This document shows positions 20,942 to 30,471 of a DNA stretch of 64,000 nucleotides, in pieces. The notes beneath the pieces are model-generated. The model did not search any database. It saw nothing but the letters and a program-made list of their open reading frames with translations, and was not told the origin of the DNA. A program made the position numbers and the translations under genes. Origin of the DNA: Candidatus Bipolaricaulota bacterium (lineage in GTDB: Bacteria; Bipolaricaulota; Bipolaricaulia; M55B111); the NCBI GenBank assembly GCA_021735245.1, contig JAIPHJ010000003.1, positions 15,717-79,716 on the forward strand, given 5' to 3'. Position 1 is the first letter of the stretch; each line of letters begins with the position of its first letter.

Positions 20942-21130
20942 AAAATGTAGAGAATAATATGCACGTGGTCCTACCGACGAAAACAGGAAGGGCCTTTATA
21001 GCCCTCTTCATGTCGATATCGGTAGAGGTATTGAGAATTATATTCCCCCAGATAAGTATTGTAGGTCTGATATTAGCTAAGGCTCTGCTTACGGGGTAAA
21101 TATCAGTTATTTCACGATAGGTTTTCTCGC

Positions 21131-21754
21131 TTATTCTTCTTTCTCTACATTTTCACACTTTACCCAAACTTCATAGCCTCCTAGACGGGGATGAGAATCC
21201 TCTACTTCAACTTTCAAGCACTCATCAGGACCACTAGCAGGGTTAGACAGGACAGAAAACTCTTGCCCAGAAACCCTTATCTCTCCAGATGGCGATCCTG
21301 AATATTCGCAATCGTCCTGTGATTCGTAAACATGAGCAGCTTCTCCGAACCCGACTAAAAACTCATCACCCACTGAAGAGCACGGGTTGCTACCTAGATT
21401 GCCCCCTGCGAAGATAAAGAATATTATAGCAGACAATATCAAAAGAACTATCCCCGCCGTTAGCATCCCACTGTTATTACCTTTTGCTTTCTGTTCATTA
21501 GCATCTATTTTTGTTGAGATGCTGGTTCCGCAATTGGGGCATATATTTGCTTCTTTGTTGATAATCTCCGCACACTGAGGGCACTTTTTCTTGCCAGGTG
21601 CGTTTTCGTTCGGGTCAATAAGTAGAGCGTGAGGTAATGCGGCAATGAATATAGCTCCCCCGTACAACCACCATAGAAAGAAGCTTCTACCTTTGTTGCT
21701 GGCAATGTAAGCAGGAATCAAACCTATAATTACTACAATCAGTAATATCGGCAT
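21131..21754 (-). CDS. membrane protein with zinc-ribbon domain (207 aa)
   Basis: Two TM segments flank CPQCAEIINKEANICPNCG (CxxC...CxxC). Confidence 0.6.
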   Translation of the reverse strand: MPILLIVVIIGLIPAYIASNKGRSFFLWWLYGGAIFIAALPHALLIDPNENAPGKKKCPQCAEIINKEANICPNCGTSISTKIDANEQKAKGNNSGMLTAGIVLLILSAIIFFIFAGGNLGSNPCSSVGDEFLVGFGEAAHVYESQDDCEYSGSPSGEIRVSGQEFSVLSNPASGPDECLKVEVEDSHPRLGGYEVWVKCENVEKEE

Positions 21755-21975
21755 AACTTCTTACCCTCTTGTTTGATACTACATTTCCTGATCTCATTCA
21801 AATTAGCTCTCCTGAAGAAGCTTACTTTAGACATTCAGTTATATATAACAGGGACTGGGAAGATTGCTTGATTAGGTTTTCAGCTGTAACTTATACGTGA
21901 CTATAAGCTGTGAGATGGCCTACAAAACTTTGGAGAGACAAAACGGATTGCCGTATAAGGTGGATAATTTAGTTC

Positions 21976-22575
21976 TCAAGCTCCGACTGGTTGTCTTTCT
22001 CCTGCACGAAAGGATTTCATTGCACCCTCCAGTTCTTCGTCAACTATATGGGTGTAGATCATAGTAGTAGAAAGGTCAGCATGGCCTAAAGCTTTCTGGA
22101 CTAGCCTGATCTTACCTGTTTCTCGATAGAGGTCTGTGGCGAAGGTGTGTCGGAGGGTATGTGGGGTAACGTTTTTGCTTATTTCAGCTTTCTCCGAATA
22201 GTTCTTGACCATCTTCTGCACATAGCGGGGGCTCAGGGAGTCTCCGTTACGTGTGGTAAATACATGTTTAAGTGACTCTTCTAGCCATTCGGTCTGTCTC
22301 TCCTTCCACTTTCGGAGCTGCTCAAGCCTATTTTCGCCGATCCAGAGAGTTCTATCTTTGGCTCCTTTGCCTTCTCTTACCATAACCTTACCACTAGTTA
22401 GGTTGACATCTTTCCATCGCAAAGAGACGGCTTCAGCTAGCCGTAGACCTGTATCCAGCATCAACTGAATCATCATTTTATTACGGTGAGAGGTCGGATA
22501 GCGGTCATTGAACTGATCAATTAACTTTCTCTGCTCTTCTTCTGTCAGGACTTCGGGAATCTTTCTTTTAGTCAT
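21976..22575 (-). CDS. small tyrosine recombinase (199 aa, catalytic domain only)
   Basis: DTGLRLAE (Arg I), HTLRHTFAT (His-x-x-Arg), LGHADLSTTMIYTH (catalytic Tyr region). Confidence 0.85.
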   Translation of the reverse strand: MTKRKIPEVLTEEEQRKLIDQFNDRYPTSHRNKMMIQLMLDTGLRLAEAVSLRWKDVNLTSGKVMVREGKGAKDRTLWIGENRLEQLRKWKERQTEWLEESLKHVFTTRNGDSLSPRYVQKMVKNYSEKAEISKNVTPHTLRHTFATDLYRETGKIRLVQKALGHADLSTTMIYTHIVDEELEGAMKSFRAGERQPVGA

Positions 22576-22587
22576 TGTTTACCTCCT

Positions 22588-22974
22588 CTACTGTTGGCCA
22601 AGAAGTTTTTCTTTTGCTTTTTTAAACTCCTCGTCCGTTAAGTCTCCCTTTTCATGTAATTCGCAAATTTTCTCCAACTTGTCCGATAAATCTTCTTCAG
22701 GCTCTTTAGGTTCTTCAGGAAGTGGAATAGTGCCCTCAGTCCAATCATAATAAGAGTCCTTATTAAATATAGCTCCAAATGGGTGTTCTCTATGCCTCCT
22801 AACTTTCCAGTGAATAATTCCGTCCTCAACCCATATCTTGGTTTGAGTGCTTCTACTTGTCCCCTCTGCTGCTTCCCTGGCCTGCTTTCTAGCCTCTTTC
22901 ATTAATGAGCTGTATTTATCTTGCATACTAGAGCTAGCTTCAATGTCAATCTCATGTTCACTTCGATCTACCAT
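22588..22974 (-). CDS. SHOCT-domain protein (128 aa)
   Basis: C-terminal LEKICELHEKGDLTDEEFKKAKEKLLG matches the SHOCT short C-terminal motif. Confidence 0.55.
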   Translation of the reverse strand: MVDRSEHEIDIEASSSMQDKYSSLMKEARKQAREAAEGTSRSTQTKIWVEDGIIHWKVRRHREHPFGAIFNKDSYYDWTEGTIPLPEEPKEPEEDLSDKLEKICELHEKGDLTDEEFKKAKEKLLGQQ

Positions 22975-23408
22975 TTTTACCCCCTTTTTGGGTAATAGCT
23001 CGGATACTGCCTCTTATATGTACTTATTCACACACAAATCCAGTTTATAAGAGAATTGTTCAGAAGTCAAGTATTTACCGTACTTATTCACAGAATTTAG
23101 GGGATCAGCAGACTAACGCTTTATTAATAAAAGAGCTGCTGACAAACTTCACAACTTTCAGTAACTTAGCACCTTCGGTTTTAATTAGCTGGAGTTAAAA
23201 TAAGTGGTTAAGGAAAGTTACTTGGGTGTAGTTTATTAATTGAGAAGCGAGGATAGTTATTTGCGTAAGAAATTGGATCAAAAGAATTAAAACTAACCTT
23301 CTACCCGTTACCTAAGAAGAGGGGGAGAGGAAGGACGAATTTGAAGAGCTTTCTCTAGTTCAGGTCGTGAAGAAGTGGTTTATGACAAAGACTTAGCTGA
23401 GGTAAGAA

Positions 23409-23630
23409 ATGCCACTATTAACAGAACAAGCGATACACAGCGTAGGGGAGAAAGTAGAAGAAAGCACAGAGGCTATTAAAGAATTAACTGAGGAATTAAA
23501 AAAGCATAGAAACTCCTCCGAAAAATTTTCTAGGCGGCTACTCTGGCTAACTTGGTCTTTGGTAGGGCTAACAGGAGCATTGGTTTTACTTACGGTGGTT
23601 TTAATACTACAAGGGTTTGGTTTTCTGTAA
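23409..23630 (+). CDS. hypothetical small membrane protein (73 aa)
   Basis: Charged N-terminal half followed by a single C-terminal TM segment. Confidence 0.4.
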   Translation: MPLLTEQAIHSVGEKVEESTEAIKELTEELKKHRNSSEKFSRRLLWLTWSLVGLTGALVLLTVVLILQGFGFL

Positions 23631-23707
23631 TTATACTCTGTAATCCAGCGGTTTTGGGTTTTGCTTTGGCTGTAGTGCTAAAATAGATTCAAAGTACCTC
23701 TAGTAAG

Positions 23708-23983
23708 TTATTCAAACTCTTCCGCTAGCCCCAACATAGTTAATGAGTGTAAAGTAATAAATCCACAATTCTCGCAGATAGTTACAGCGGCGGGTAAACT
23801 CACATTTCTAAACGAACCCTCAGATAACTTGGATTGTACACTAAGCTTCGTCAAAAGGTGCTGTATTTGAAAACTAGAATTGTTACACATTGGACAATTT
23901 GCCTGAGCACCTTTTTCTACCAGCTTACTTCTTATTTTATCAATTTTTTCATCTGATAGTTCATCTGGTAATTCATCTGACAT
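23708..23983 (-). CDS. hypothetical zinc-ribbon protein (91 aa)
   Basis: CPMCNN...CENCGF cysteine pairs; RBS-like GGAGG upstream. Confidence 0.5.
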   Translation of the reverse strand: MSDELPDELSDEKIDKIRSKLVEKGAQANCPMCNNSSFQIQHLLTKLSVQSKLSEGSFRNVSLPAAVTICENCGFITLHSLTMLGLAEEFE

Positions 23984-24200
23984 TGTTTACCTCCTTTGAG
24001 ATAATTCATTTTTCAATCGCTATGCTAACAAAATTGATTTTCTAATTCAAAATTTCCTTCTCAAAGACCCTAACCCGCCGAGTCAATAAAAACCGCTTTA
24101 AACGGCAATGAGAAGTTGGAATCTTGGCCGATTGTAGGTAGTTACAAGAGTAGAGATTAATCTCTTGATTGGTTTTTATATGCTTGAAAAACTTTTTTAG

Positions 24201-24869
24201 TTACCTTTCTATGTAATACTGTACATCTAAATCATAATCATCCACTTTATCTCTAGCAGCTGGGTTCATCATATCAGAGATTACAAAAGAAGAAGTGTTA
24301 TTAGGGGGAATCTTACGAAGGTTAGCTTGCCCCATTCCTACCCCTACAACACTCCCACTACTATCGTACAGAGTAGCAGTAATTACAACAGATTTAGCTG
24401 GTTGATCCTCATAATTTTTTACTTTCCCTATTATTTTATAGGTCTCTGCCTCCTTATCCACCCACCCATCACTCTGTAAAATTTGAACATCACGCCTCGG
24501 TTCTGATCGGGCACTTCGCCAACTTAACTTTAATTCCGCTCTGTCTGCTTCTCCCACATTGCCTTCAATATCCTTGGGCTGTAATGCAAACGGAACAGTT
24601 TCGCCAGGAGCTATCTTGCTTATCCATGTTCTCCACGACCCAGTAGCTACCATATTCCCACTTAAATACCATGTTACAGAACACTGAACAGAAGTCACTG
24701 TTTGATCCCCAGTATTCTTAACTTCACCATAAACTGCGTAACCAGCAAAACTTTTGTACCAGTCCCAGTCGGTGACTTCTAGGTCTGCTTGGGCCACAAC
24801 TGAGAAGACCAGAATAGTGGTTATCGTTACAACTAGCAATTTTGGTTGGTTTTTCATGTTACCCCTCAT
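24201..24869 (-). CDS. secreted two-domain protein, FxLYD-like repeats (222 aa)
   Basis: Signal peptide. Two similar beta-rich halves, each with VKNTGDQ/VKNYEDQ followed by an xLYD-like segment (ATLYDSSGSVVG). Confidence 0.5.
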   Translation of the reverse strand: MRGNMKNQPKLLVVTITTILVFSVVAQADLEVTDWDWYKSFAGYAVYGEVKNTGDQTVTSVQCSVTWYLSGNMVATGSWRTWISKIAPGETVPFALQPKDIEGNVGEADRAELKLSWRSARSEPRRDVQILQSDGWVDKEAETYKIIGKVKNYEDQPAKSVVITATLYDSSGSVVGVGMGQANLRKIPPNNTSSFVISDMMNPAARDKVDDYDLDVQYYIER

Positions 24870-25505
24870 TTAATCCTCTAATTTCTTCTTTAACTTTTCC
24901 TTTCGTCCTTCCCAACCCATTTTAGTATTAGCAAATACGTTATGCTCTAAAGCTTTATTGCATATTTCAATTGCCTTTTCAAACTCGCCCTGCTTCTCGT
25001 AAATTATTGCTAACCGTCTGAAGGAGTAGTAATCGATATTTATTTCTTTTCCGTTAGGCCCTTTTTTCAGCCTTGGAAGGACTTCATCTACCTGGGCTAT
25101 ATCCTTTTTGCATAACTCAATACACTTTTCTAGTGCCTCGGGGTCTTCATCTCTTTGTTTATAGAGCAACTTCTCCCAGTTTATATAAATAAAATGCCTG
25201 TCTTTTGGATTTTCATCATCCGCTTCGAGAGATTTTTCAAAGACTTTTTCAGCTAGTTCCCTATAGCCTGACTTCCAGACCATCTCAGCTATCATACCCA
25301 AAGTTTGTTGTTCAGTACGTCCAAGTTCCTCGTTCTCCGTATGTACATCAAGTATTTTATCCTTTGTTAACTTGGGGCCAACTACATCCTCTAAAATATT
25401 TTGCTCGTGTTCACTTAAACTGGTAAACCAATCCTGAAGGGAAAAGTGAGAGATATACCCCTGAATCTCTTCCTCTTCTTTGCGAAAGAAATCCAAAAAA
25501 CCCAT
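24870..25505 (-). CDS. hypothetical helical (TPR-like) protein (211 aa)
   Basis: ORF abutting the 24201-24869 gene; helical repeat character; no firm family. Confidence 0.45.
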   Translation of the reverse strand: MGFLDFFRKEEEEIQGYISHFSLQDWFTSLSEHEQNILEDVVGPKLTKDKILDVHTENEELGRTEQQTLGMIAEMVWKSGYRELAEKVFEKSLEADDENPKDRHFIYINWEKLLYKQRDEDPEALEKCIELCKKDIAQVDEVLPRLKKGPNGKEINIDYYSFRRLAIIYEKQGEFEKAIEICNKALEHNVFANTKMGWEGRKEKLKKKLED

Positions 25506-25991
25506 ACAACCTCCCCTACAGCACTTGCATTATAGCTAAAGTGGAGAAGATGGCCAAATTAGAAGCCATGTGGTGTTAGGTGAGCTGTATCTGTCTCCCG
25601 TCGACGTGAATCCTTATAGCTGAGAGGAAAGAGTTCTGAGATGCTCATATATCGATAGAATGGGGGCATAATTGCCTAGATTAACCTTTATAGGGCCTAT
25701 GAAATTGTTAATGTGTACGTGATTAACTTTACTCCATTTTGAGTATTTATTACCCCCCCACCCCGAAAAATCTTGAGAATTTCTTGGCTTGGGCGATTAC
25801 CCCCTGTAAGTTGGAGAACCAAAAAATACCTATTAAATTAGCTGGGCCAGTGAGCTTATTTATTTAGCTTTGTGCAAAAAGTACAGGTTTAGCCACAGCA
25901 ATTTGACAGGCAAGAATTTCGTGGATAAAATGCTTGAGGTGCTACTAAATAGGTGGAGATTACTCCGTGAAGCGTCAAATGCCCAAAAGTT

Positions 25992-27989
25992 TTATTCCCC
26001 CTCGGTAGTCAGGCATTCTTCCCTTGACCAATCGGTTTTATTAAGGGATTTATCACGTGCCCTTACCATATAGCAATACTTGGTCCCAGCTTCCAGGTTA
26101 TCATCTTCATAAGTGGCACTTGTCTGCCAACCGCTATCATTTCCGTCCGAATTTCCCGTCCTTTCCTCGAAGTAATATTCTACTTCGGAACCTTCGGGGT
26201 CGGTGGCAGGAGTTGCCTCCATCTTTATAGTAGTTGAGCTGGATGCATGTGGTGGTGCCTCCCAGGTCATTGGGTTCGGTGATGGCGGATTTGTATCAGA
26301 GGATAGGATCACTGGAGTATTGGAAAGTGCTTTGAGGGTAGTGCTTGTTTCCTGGGAGGGAGCTTGCAAGGTCCAAGTATTTTCGAGGTTGGACTTATTA
26401 AAGCTAATTTGCACTTCTGCCTTTCCTTCCGAATTAGTGGTGGCGGTATCGACTACTTCTCCGTCCGAGTTGAGCAATTCGACTGTTTTATTCGGTAACC
26501 GTTCACCGTTTTTATCAAGTAACATTATTGGATATCTACGGGTTAGAGAAAGTTCCTCTAAACCGCCCCAATCGCCAATTTCCTTGTTTTTTATTGATAA
26601 TTCTCCAGAAATTGTCGTGTTCGCAGAAACAACTAGAGCAAGATTTTCGACTTTCGAACTTTCGAAGTGTAAATCCCCAGTATTAGCATAAATTTGAAAG
26701 AACCTGGCGTATATATTCTTAGCTTCCAGATTTTGACTTACCTGTAATTTATTTAAGGTTGAATTCACCACTTTTAGGTCTGCCCTGCCGCCTAAATTAA
26801 TACCAAATTTCCCATTTTTAGGACAGTGAGAGCTGGTCCCTCCGAAACTTGAATTGATTAGCCTAATTTTACGGCTTGGTTGGTCTACTATAACACGATC
26901 GGAATAGAAACCACTTTCTGGTAAACCATAATATTCATGGTAATTTTTATTCCCTAAGTTTAGATTACATGTACTAGTATCTTCGAGTATTACGTTACCG
27001 TCTCCCACGGAATATAAATCTAGAAGGGCGGAATCTACGACGTGGAGGTTTAATTCTCCTTCGCTTTCAGTCCCTACATTTGCAATACTTATTGAATCCA
27101 TTTGACAGTTTTTCAGCTCAACGCTAAATTTTTTTAGGTTAAAGGCGAAGCTCTCCATGCTTGGTTTGAGACCTTCAAGACGAAAGTCGCCTGAAATCCC
27201 ACCAAGGCGAAATTTTAACCCGTCAATAACTGATGATTGAGCACTTACTGTTCCTCCCTCTTCTATTGGACCTTCGGTCCCCCACACTTCTAAGGTGTCC
27301 AAAAAATCCACTCCTTCCAAGTCAATTTTTCCCCCTGCTCTCAATGTCACATGAAACCCACCCAAGTTCTCGTCCCTACCCAGTCTTGAGCTTTTTATCT
27401 CAATAGAAGCATTAGGACTTGAAGAGGTGATGTAGGGAGGAATATATGGTTCACCTTCGAGGTGGGAGTTCTCAATTGTCAAGCTTCCATGTACGTGAAT
27501 GTAGTTGTCGGCGTGGTCTTGACCGAGCATGTACAAATCACAATTCCGAATGATTAAGCTGCCGCCTTCCTCGATGATAAGATCGGTCGGAGTTTCCGTG
27601 GATATGTCTTCCAGTATCACCTCCTCACCCGATTCGATTATCCATTCTTGTCGGTCTTGTAGTTCATCAACTGTACCCATGATAGTGGTATCTATAGGAG
27701 AATCTTTGGGCTTCACTTCTTTTTCACTATCTTCCCCTTTGGGTTCTTCATTCTCTGTTTTTTTCTTAGATAGGTTTTCTTCAAGCCAGTCCTGATTTAC
27801 ACACTCTTCTCCTACTTCAGACAAAGCAAACTCCGCTTTAGACATGTCTATCTTGCCGTAACAACTAGATTTTATTTCTTCCAAAGGAACTTTTATCTCT
27901 TCGGCTGATAGAGCAAAACCCCCAAAGATAAATAGAGATATCAGCAGTAATGAAGCTACCTTTTTCATGCTGTATCGCCTCCTTTCCAC
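25992..27989 (-). CDS. secreted beta-helix-like protein with C-terminal fibronectin type III domain (665 aa)
   Basis: Signal peptide. Repetitive segments of the LxIxNSxL type (IIRNCDLYM, LTIENSHLEG, VVNSTLNKL). C-terminal PPSPNPMTWEA...YYFEE...GWQ...LEAGTKYCYMVRARD is Fn3-like. Confidence 0.6.
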   Translation of the reverse strand: MERRRYSMKKVASLLLISLFIFGGFALSAEEIKVPLEEIKSSCYGKIDMSKAEFALSEVGEECVNQDWLEENLSKKKTENEEPKGEDSEKEVKPKDSPIDTTIMGTVDELQDRQEWIIESGEEVILEDISTETPTDLIIEEGGSLIIRNCDLYMLGQDHADNYIHVHGSLTIENSHLEGEPYIPPYITSSSPNASIEIKSSRLGRDENLGGFHVTLRAGGKIDLEGVDFLDTLEVWGTEGPIEEGGTVSAQSSVIDGLKFRLGGISGDFRLEGLKPSMESFAFNLKKFSVELKNCQMDSISIANVGTESEGELNLHVVDSALLDLYSVGDGNVILEDTSTCNLNLGNKNYHEYYGLPESGFYSDRVIVDQPSRKIRLINSSFGGTSSHCPKNGKFGINLGGRADLKVVNSTLNKLQVSQNLEAKNIYARFFQIYANTGDLHFESSKVENLALVVSANTTISGELSIKNKEIGDWGGLEELSLTRRYPIMLLDKNGERLPNKTVELLNSDGEVVDTATTNSEGKAEVQISFNKSNLENTWTLQAPSQETSTTLKALSNTPVILSSDTNPPSPNPMTWEAPPHASSSTTIKMEATPATDPEGSEVEYYFEERTGNSDGNDSGWQTSATYEDDNLEAGTKYCYMVRARDKSLNKTDWSREECLTTEGE

Positions 27990-28235
27990 ACTAGCATTAT
28001 CCGTAAAAAGGAATAAAAAACCAAATTATGTTGATAAGTCCATCCCGTCCCCGTGATTTAAATAAACTGAGAAGGGAAGGGCCTTAAATGATCTCCTGTC
28101 GATAGAATGGTGCTTAATTGCTCTGGCTTAACGTAGGGCCTACCTTTCCCAGGGCCTACTTCGGCGTATTTCTCACGTGCACGTGAAATTACTTTAATAA
28201 AGGAAAAACGTTGAAAGCCTCTATACTGCAGAGAA

Positions 28236-28760
28236 TTAATCTTCTAAGTCGTATTCTTCCTTAATTGAAGGAAAGGATTCCCCGTCATAACTTTCCCAGT
28301 ATAGTCTTGAAGTCCGTTGCAGGCAGAAGAAGTAATTGAGTTCAAGCGCATCGCAAATAGCTTTTAACGTATGTCGATTGAGCAACGTTTCGCCCTTCTC
28401 AGTTCTAAATATGGTTTTTCGGCTTAATGACTTCTCCTCAGACACATTCTCGACCTCGTCCACTAACTCTTCTTGTGTCATCTCCAGCTCCTTCCTTCTC
28501 CTCCGAAGGACTGCTCCTAAACATTTCCGTGCGGTCCTTTTCCTGGCATCGCTGGCCTCCATCCTCTCGTTGGAGAGATATTCCAGAAGAAAGCAGGAGA
28601 TATTGTAAGGGCCCACGAGAATCTCGTCTTCCCCAACTCTTTCCAGCGGATAGTAGGAATCCCTATCTTCGGCTGACGAACCTTTTGGATATTCCTTCTG
28701 ATCAATGAAAATGTCGGGAAACAGTTTTAAAAAGTAAATAAAATCTTCCCCGTTAGGCAA
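28236..28760 (-). CDS. XRE-family helix-turn-helix regulator (174 aa; repressor-like)
   Basis: LGAVLRRRRKELEMTQEELVDEV...LSRKTIFRTEKGETLLNRHTLKAICDALEL is a Cro/C1-type HTH. Divergent from a promoter cluster. Confidence 0.75.
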   Translation of the reverse strand: MPNGEDFIYFLKLFPDIFIDQKEYPKGSSAEDRDSYYPLERVGEDEILVGPYNISCFLLEYLSNERMEASDARKRTARKCLGAVLRRRRKELEMTQEELVDEVENVSEEKSLSRKTIFRTEKGETLLNRHTLKAICDALELNYFFCLQRTSRLYWESYDGESFPSIKEEYDLED

Positions 28761-29081
28761 ACCTGCAGCAATTGCTGGAGCAAAGTTTTCAAATTTGATG
28801 ACTAAACCTCACCTCAATTTTCAGAATATAGCAAAAGAACTCCCTTCTCAACTGGATAACATCCAAACCTAAAAAGCTGGGAAAAGAATACTATCCCCAA
28901 TGAAAGGACAATAGCTCAGATTGGGACATACTGTAGGCAGTTGTAAAGTAAAATTTTGACCCGTAGCGGGTTTTTGTAATTCGCACTGAATCCCGCTGGC
29001 CAGAGCGAATAATTGCGAATCGAAAATTCACCTCTAAACCGATGTGACATATTGCTAACCCCTGTAAAATCCCTTGCAGAC

Positions 29082-29110
29082 TTGATTATAGAGGGTTTAT
29101 CTGTTATAAT
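29082..29110 (+). promoter_or_regulatory. sigma70-type promoter P1
   Basis: TTGATT, 17-nt spacer, TATAAT (29105-29110). Shares the box ATCTGTTATAATT with P3. Confidence 0.5.
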
Positions 29111-29166
29111 TTATAGTGAAAATTAGGGAGAAGTACCTAGTAAGAACTTTTTTTCACTGATGGGGG

Positions 29167-29195
29167 TTGACAAATTTATTTTTATGTGGGATAAT
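29167..29195 (+). promoter_or_regulatory. sigma70-type promoter P2
   Basis: TTGACA (29167-29172), 17-nt spacer, GATAAT (29190-29195). Confidence 0.55.
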
Positions 29196-29211
29196 TAAGG
29201 TTTAACTAGCC

Positions 29212-29240
29212 TTGAAATTTAGACTCTCATCTGTTATAAT
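29212..29240 (+). promoter_or_regulatory. sigma70-type promoter P3
   Basis: TTGAAA (29212-29217), 17-nt spacer, TATAAT (29235-29240). Confidence 0.6.
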
Positions 29241-29246
29241 TGTAGT

Positions 29247-29436
29247 ACAATTACCCACCGCCAAGAAGAATAATATCAACTAACTTACGTATCTGCTTGA
29301 CGCAACAAGCGAAAAGGAAGCATCGATAAGCCACCCTATATGGGTGGCAAATTTTATTTGGTACTTTCTTGGCGGTGAATTTACAGGAAGTCCGCTTAAA
29401 GGCTTGCTTGCCGAACTAGGCAAGTGGGCCTTTTTT
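29247..29436 (+). ncRNA. candidate ~190-nt small RNA in the XRE switch region
   Basis: Starts just after P3 and ends at a strong intrinsic terminator. Long-range pairing caccgccaagaa / ttcttggcggtg plus hairpin gccaccc-tatat-gggtggc. Only a 12-codon ORF without RBS inside. Confidence 0.5.
29401..29436 (+). terminator. Rho-independent terminator
   Basis: 12-bp stem 29401-29412 / 29419-29430 (core cttgcc/ggcaag plus three G-U pairs that are valid only on the plus strand), followed by TTTTTT. Confidence 0.75.
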
Positions 29437-29586
29437 AAATTCGATCAAGTTAAGTTCGAGTTAATTTCCAAATCTTAATTAGGGGGTGATTTATATGAAT
29501 ACAGCCAGGCAAATGAACGAATTTAACCGCTGGCTCTATTTGCTGTGTAAATGGTAGCGAAGATTGAATTGTACCTTGAATTAGCA

Positions 29587-29692
29587 AACCCCCAGCTGTA
29601 ACTGGGGGTGTGAGAGACAGCTAAGCTTAACTGATACCATAATTAGTATACACTGCCCCCAAGCTTTTATCAAGCTTCCCAGCTGTCTCTCC
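29587..29692 (+). repeat. leader element copy 1 (hairpin plus 11-bp long-range inverted repeat)
   Basis: aacccccagctgtaactggggg hairpin, then gagagacagct ... agctgtctctc. Paralogous to 30292-30398. Confidence 0.7.
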
Positions 29693-29770
29693 AAATTATC
29701 CTATCCAAGAACGAGTTTGTTTCTAGACGAAATCTTCAAAGTCACAAATTTTTATGGAGGTAATTTACTT

Positions 29771-30208
29771 ATGATTGATGCAATAGAAGATTTGAGAGAA
29801 GAATTTAATGTCAGCAAAGAGCAAATGGCACGAAAGTTGGATGTGAATTTAAGAACCTATCAGAATTGGTTCACTGAAGACGTAGAACCTTCTTATGAAA
29901 ATAAGCGTAAGATGGAGGAACTAATTAACATTTTGCTATATACAGAATATCTCTATTGTGGGCAAAAAGGTTTATTCTTAATTACCTACGATCGGGATAG
30001 ATTCGGAATTTTTCAACCATGTCCGATTTGTAATGAGCCCGCCTGCGATTGGGGATACAAGAGTTTCGATGAAGTTTTTCGTTTTGAAGACATAGAGGGT
30101 CCAGACCCCGAAAAGCTATTTTACTGGATTGAGGACTTCAGAATTATTTACGATCCTAAAAATGACGAGCGTTTCGAAGGGACCATTGAAAAGACGGAGG
30201 CCCCATAA
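29771..30208 (+). CDS. HTH-containing protein of the replication module (145 aa)
   Basis: Start moved to ATG 29771 (GGAGG 9 nt upstream) rather than the TTG at 29717. N-terminal VSKEQMARKLDVNLRTYQNW is HTH-like; C-terminal half has Cys pairs. Confidence 0.6.
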   Translation: MIDAIEDLREEFNVSKEQMARKLDVNLRTYQNWFTEDVEPSYENKRKMEELINILLYTEYLYCGQKGLFLITYDRDRFGIFQPCPICNEPACDWGYKSFDEVFRFEDIEGPDPEKLFYWIEDFRIIYDPKNDERFEGTIEKTEAP

Positions 30209-30291
30209 AAAACGATGTTATTGAGGAGAAAAGATGAATGGCAGAAACTTGATAGCGAGCAACAAGCTTCAATTTTATTGCTCGAATGAAT

Positions 30292-30398
30292 AACCCCCAG
30301 CTGTAAATGGGGGTGTGAGAGACAGCTAAGCTTAACTTATACCATACTTAATATACACTGACCGCGGGCATGTCGCAAACATTCCTAGCTGTCTCTCC
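30292..30398 (+). repeat. leader element copy 2
   Basis: Same 5' ~70 nt as copy 1 with a few substitutions, a different interior, and the same closing agctgtctctc. Confidence 0.7.
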
Positions 30399-30471
30399 TA
30401 ACTTTTACGTCATATGTAGATTTTAGAACTCAAACTTGAGAAAGGTGTCCCATTAATAGAGGGGGAGACGT

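Noticed and set aside
29294-29302. 9-nt match (tgcttgacg) to the tRNA-Val anticodon arm inside the candidate sRNA, considered as an internal att remnant splitting island 1
   Set aside because: Identity does not extend beyond 9 nt on either side. It is too short to separate from chance, so it was not used to define a junction.
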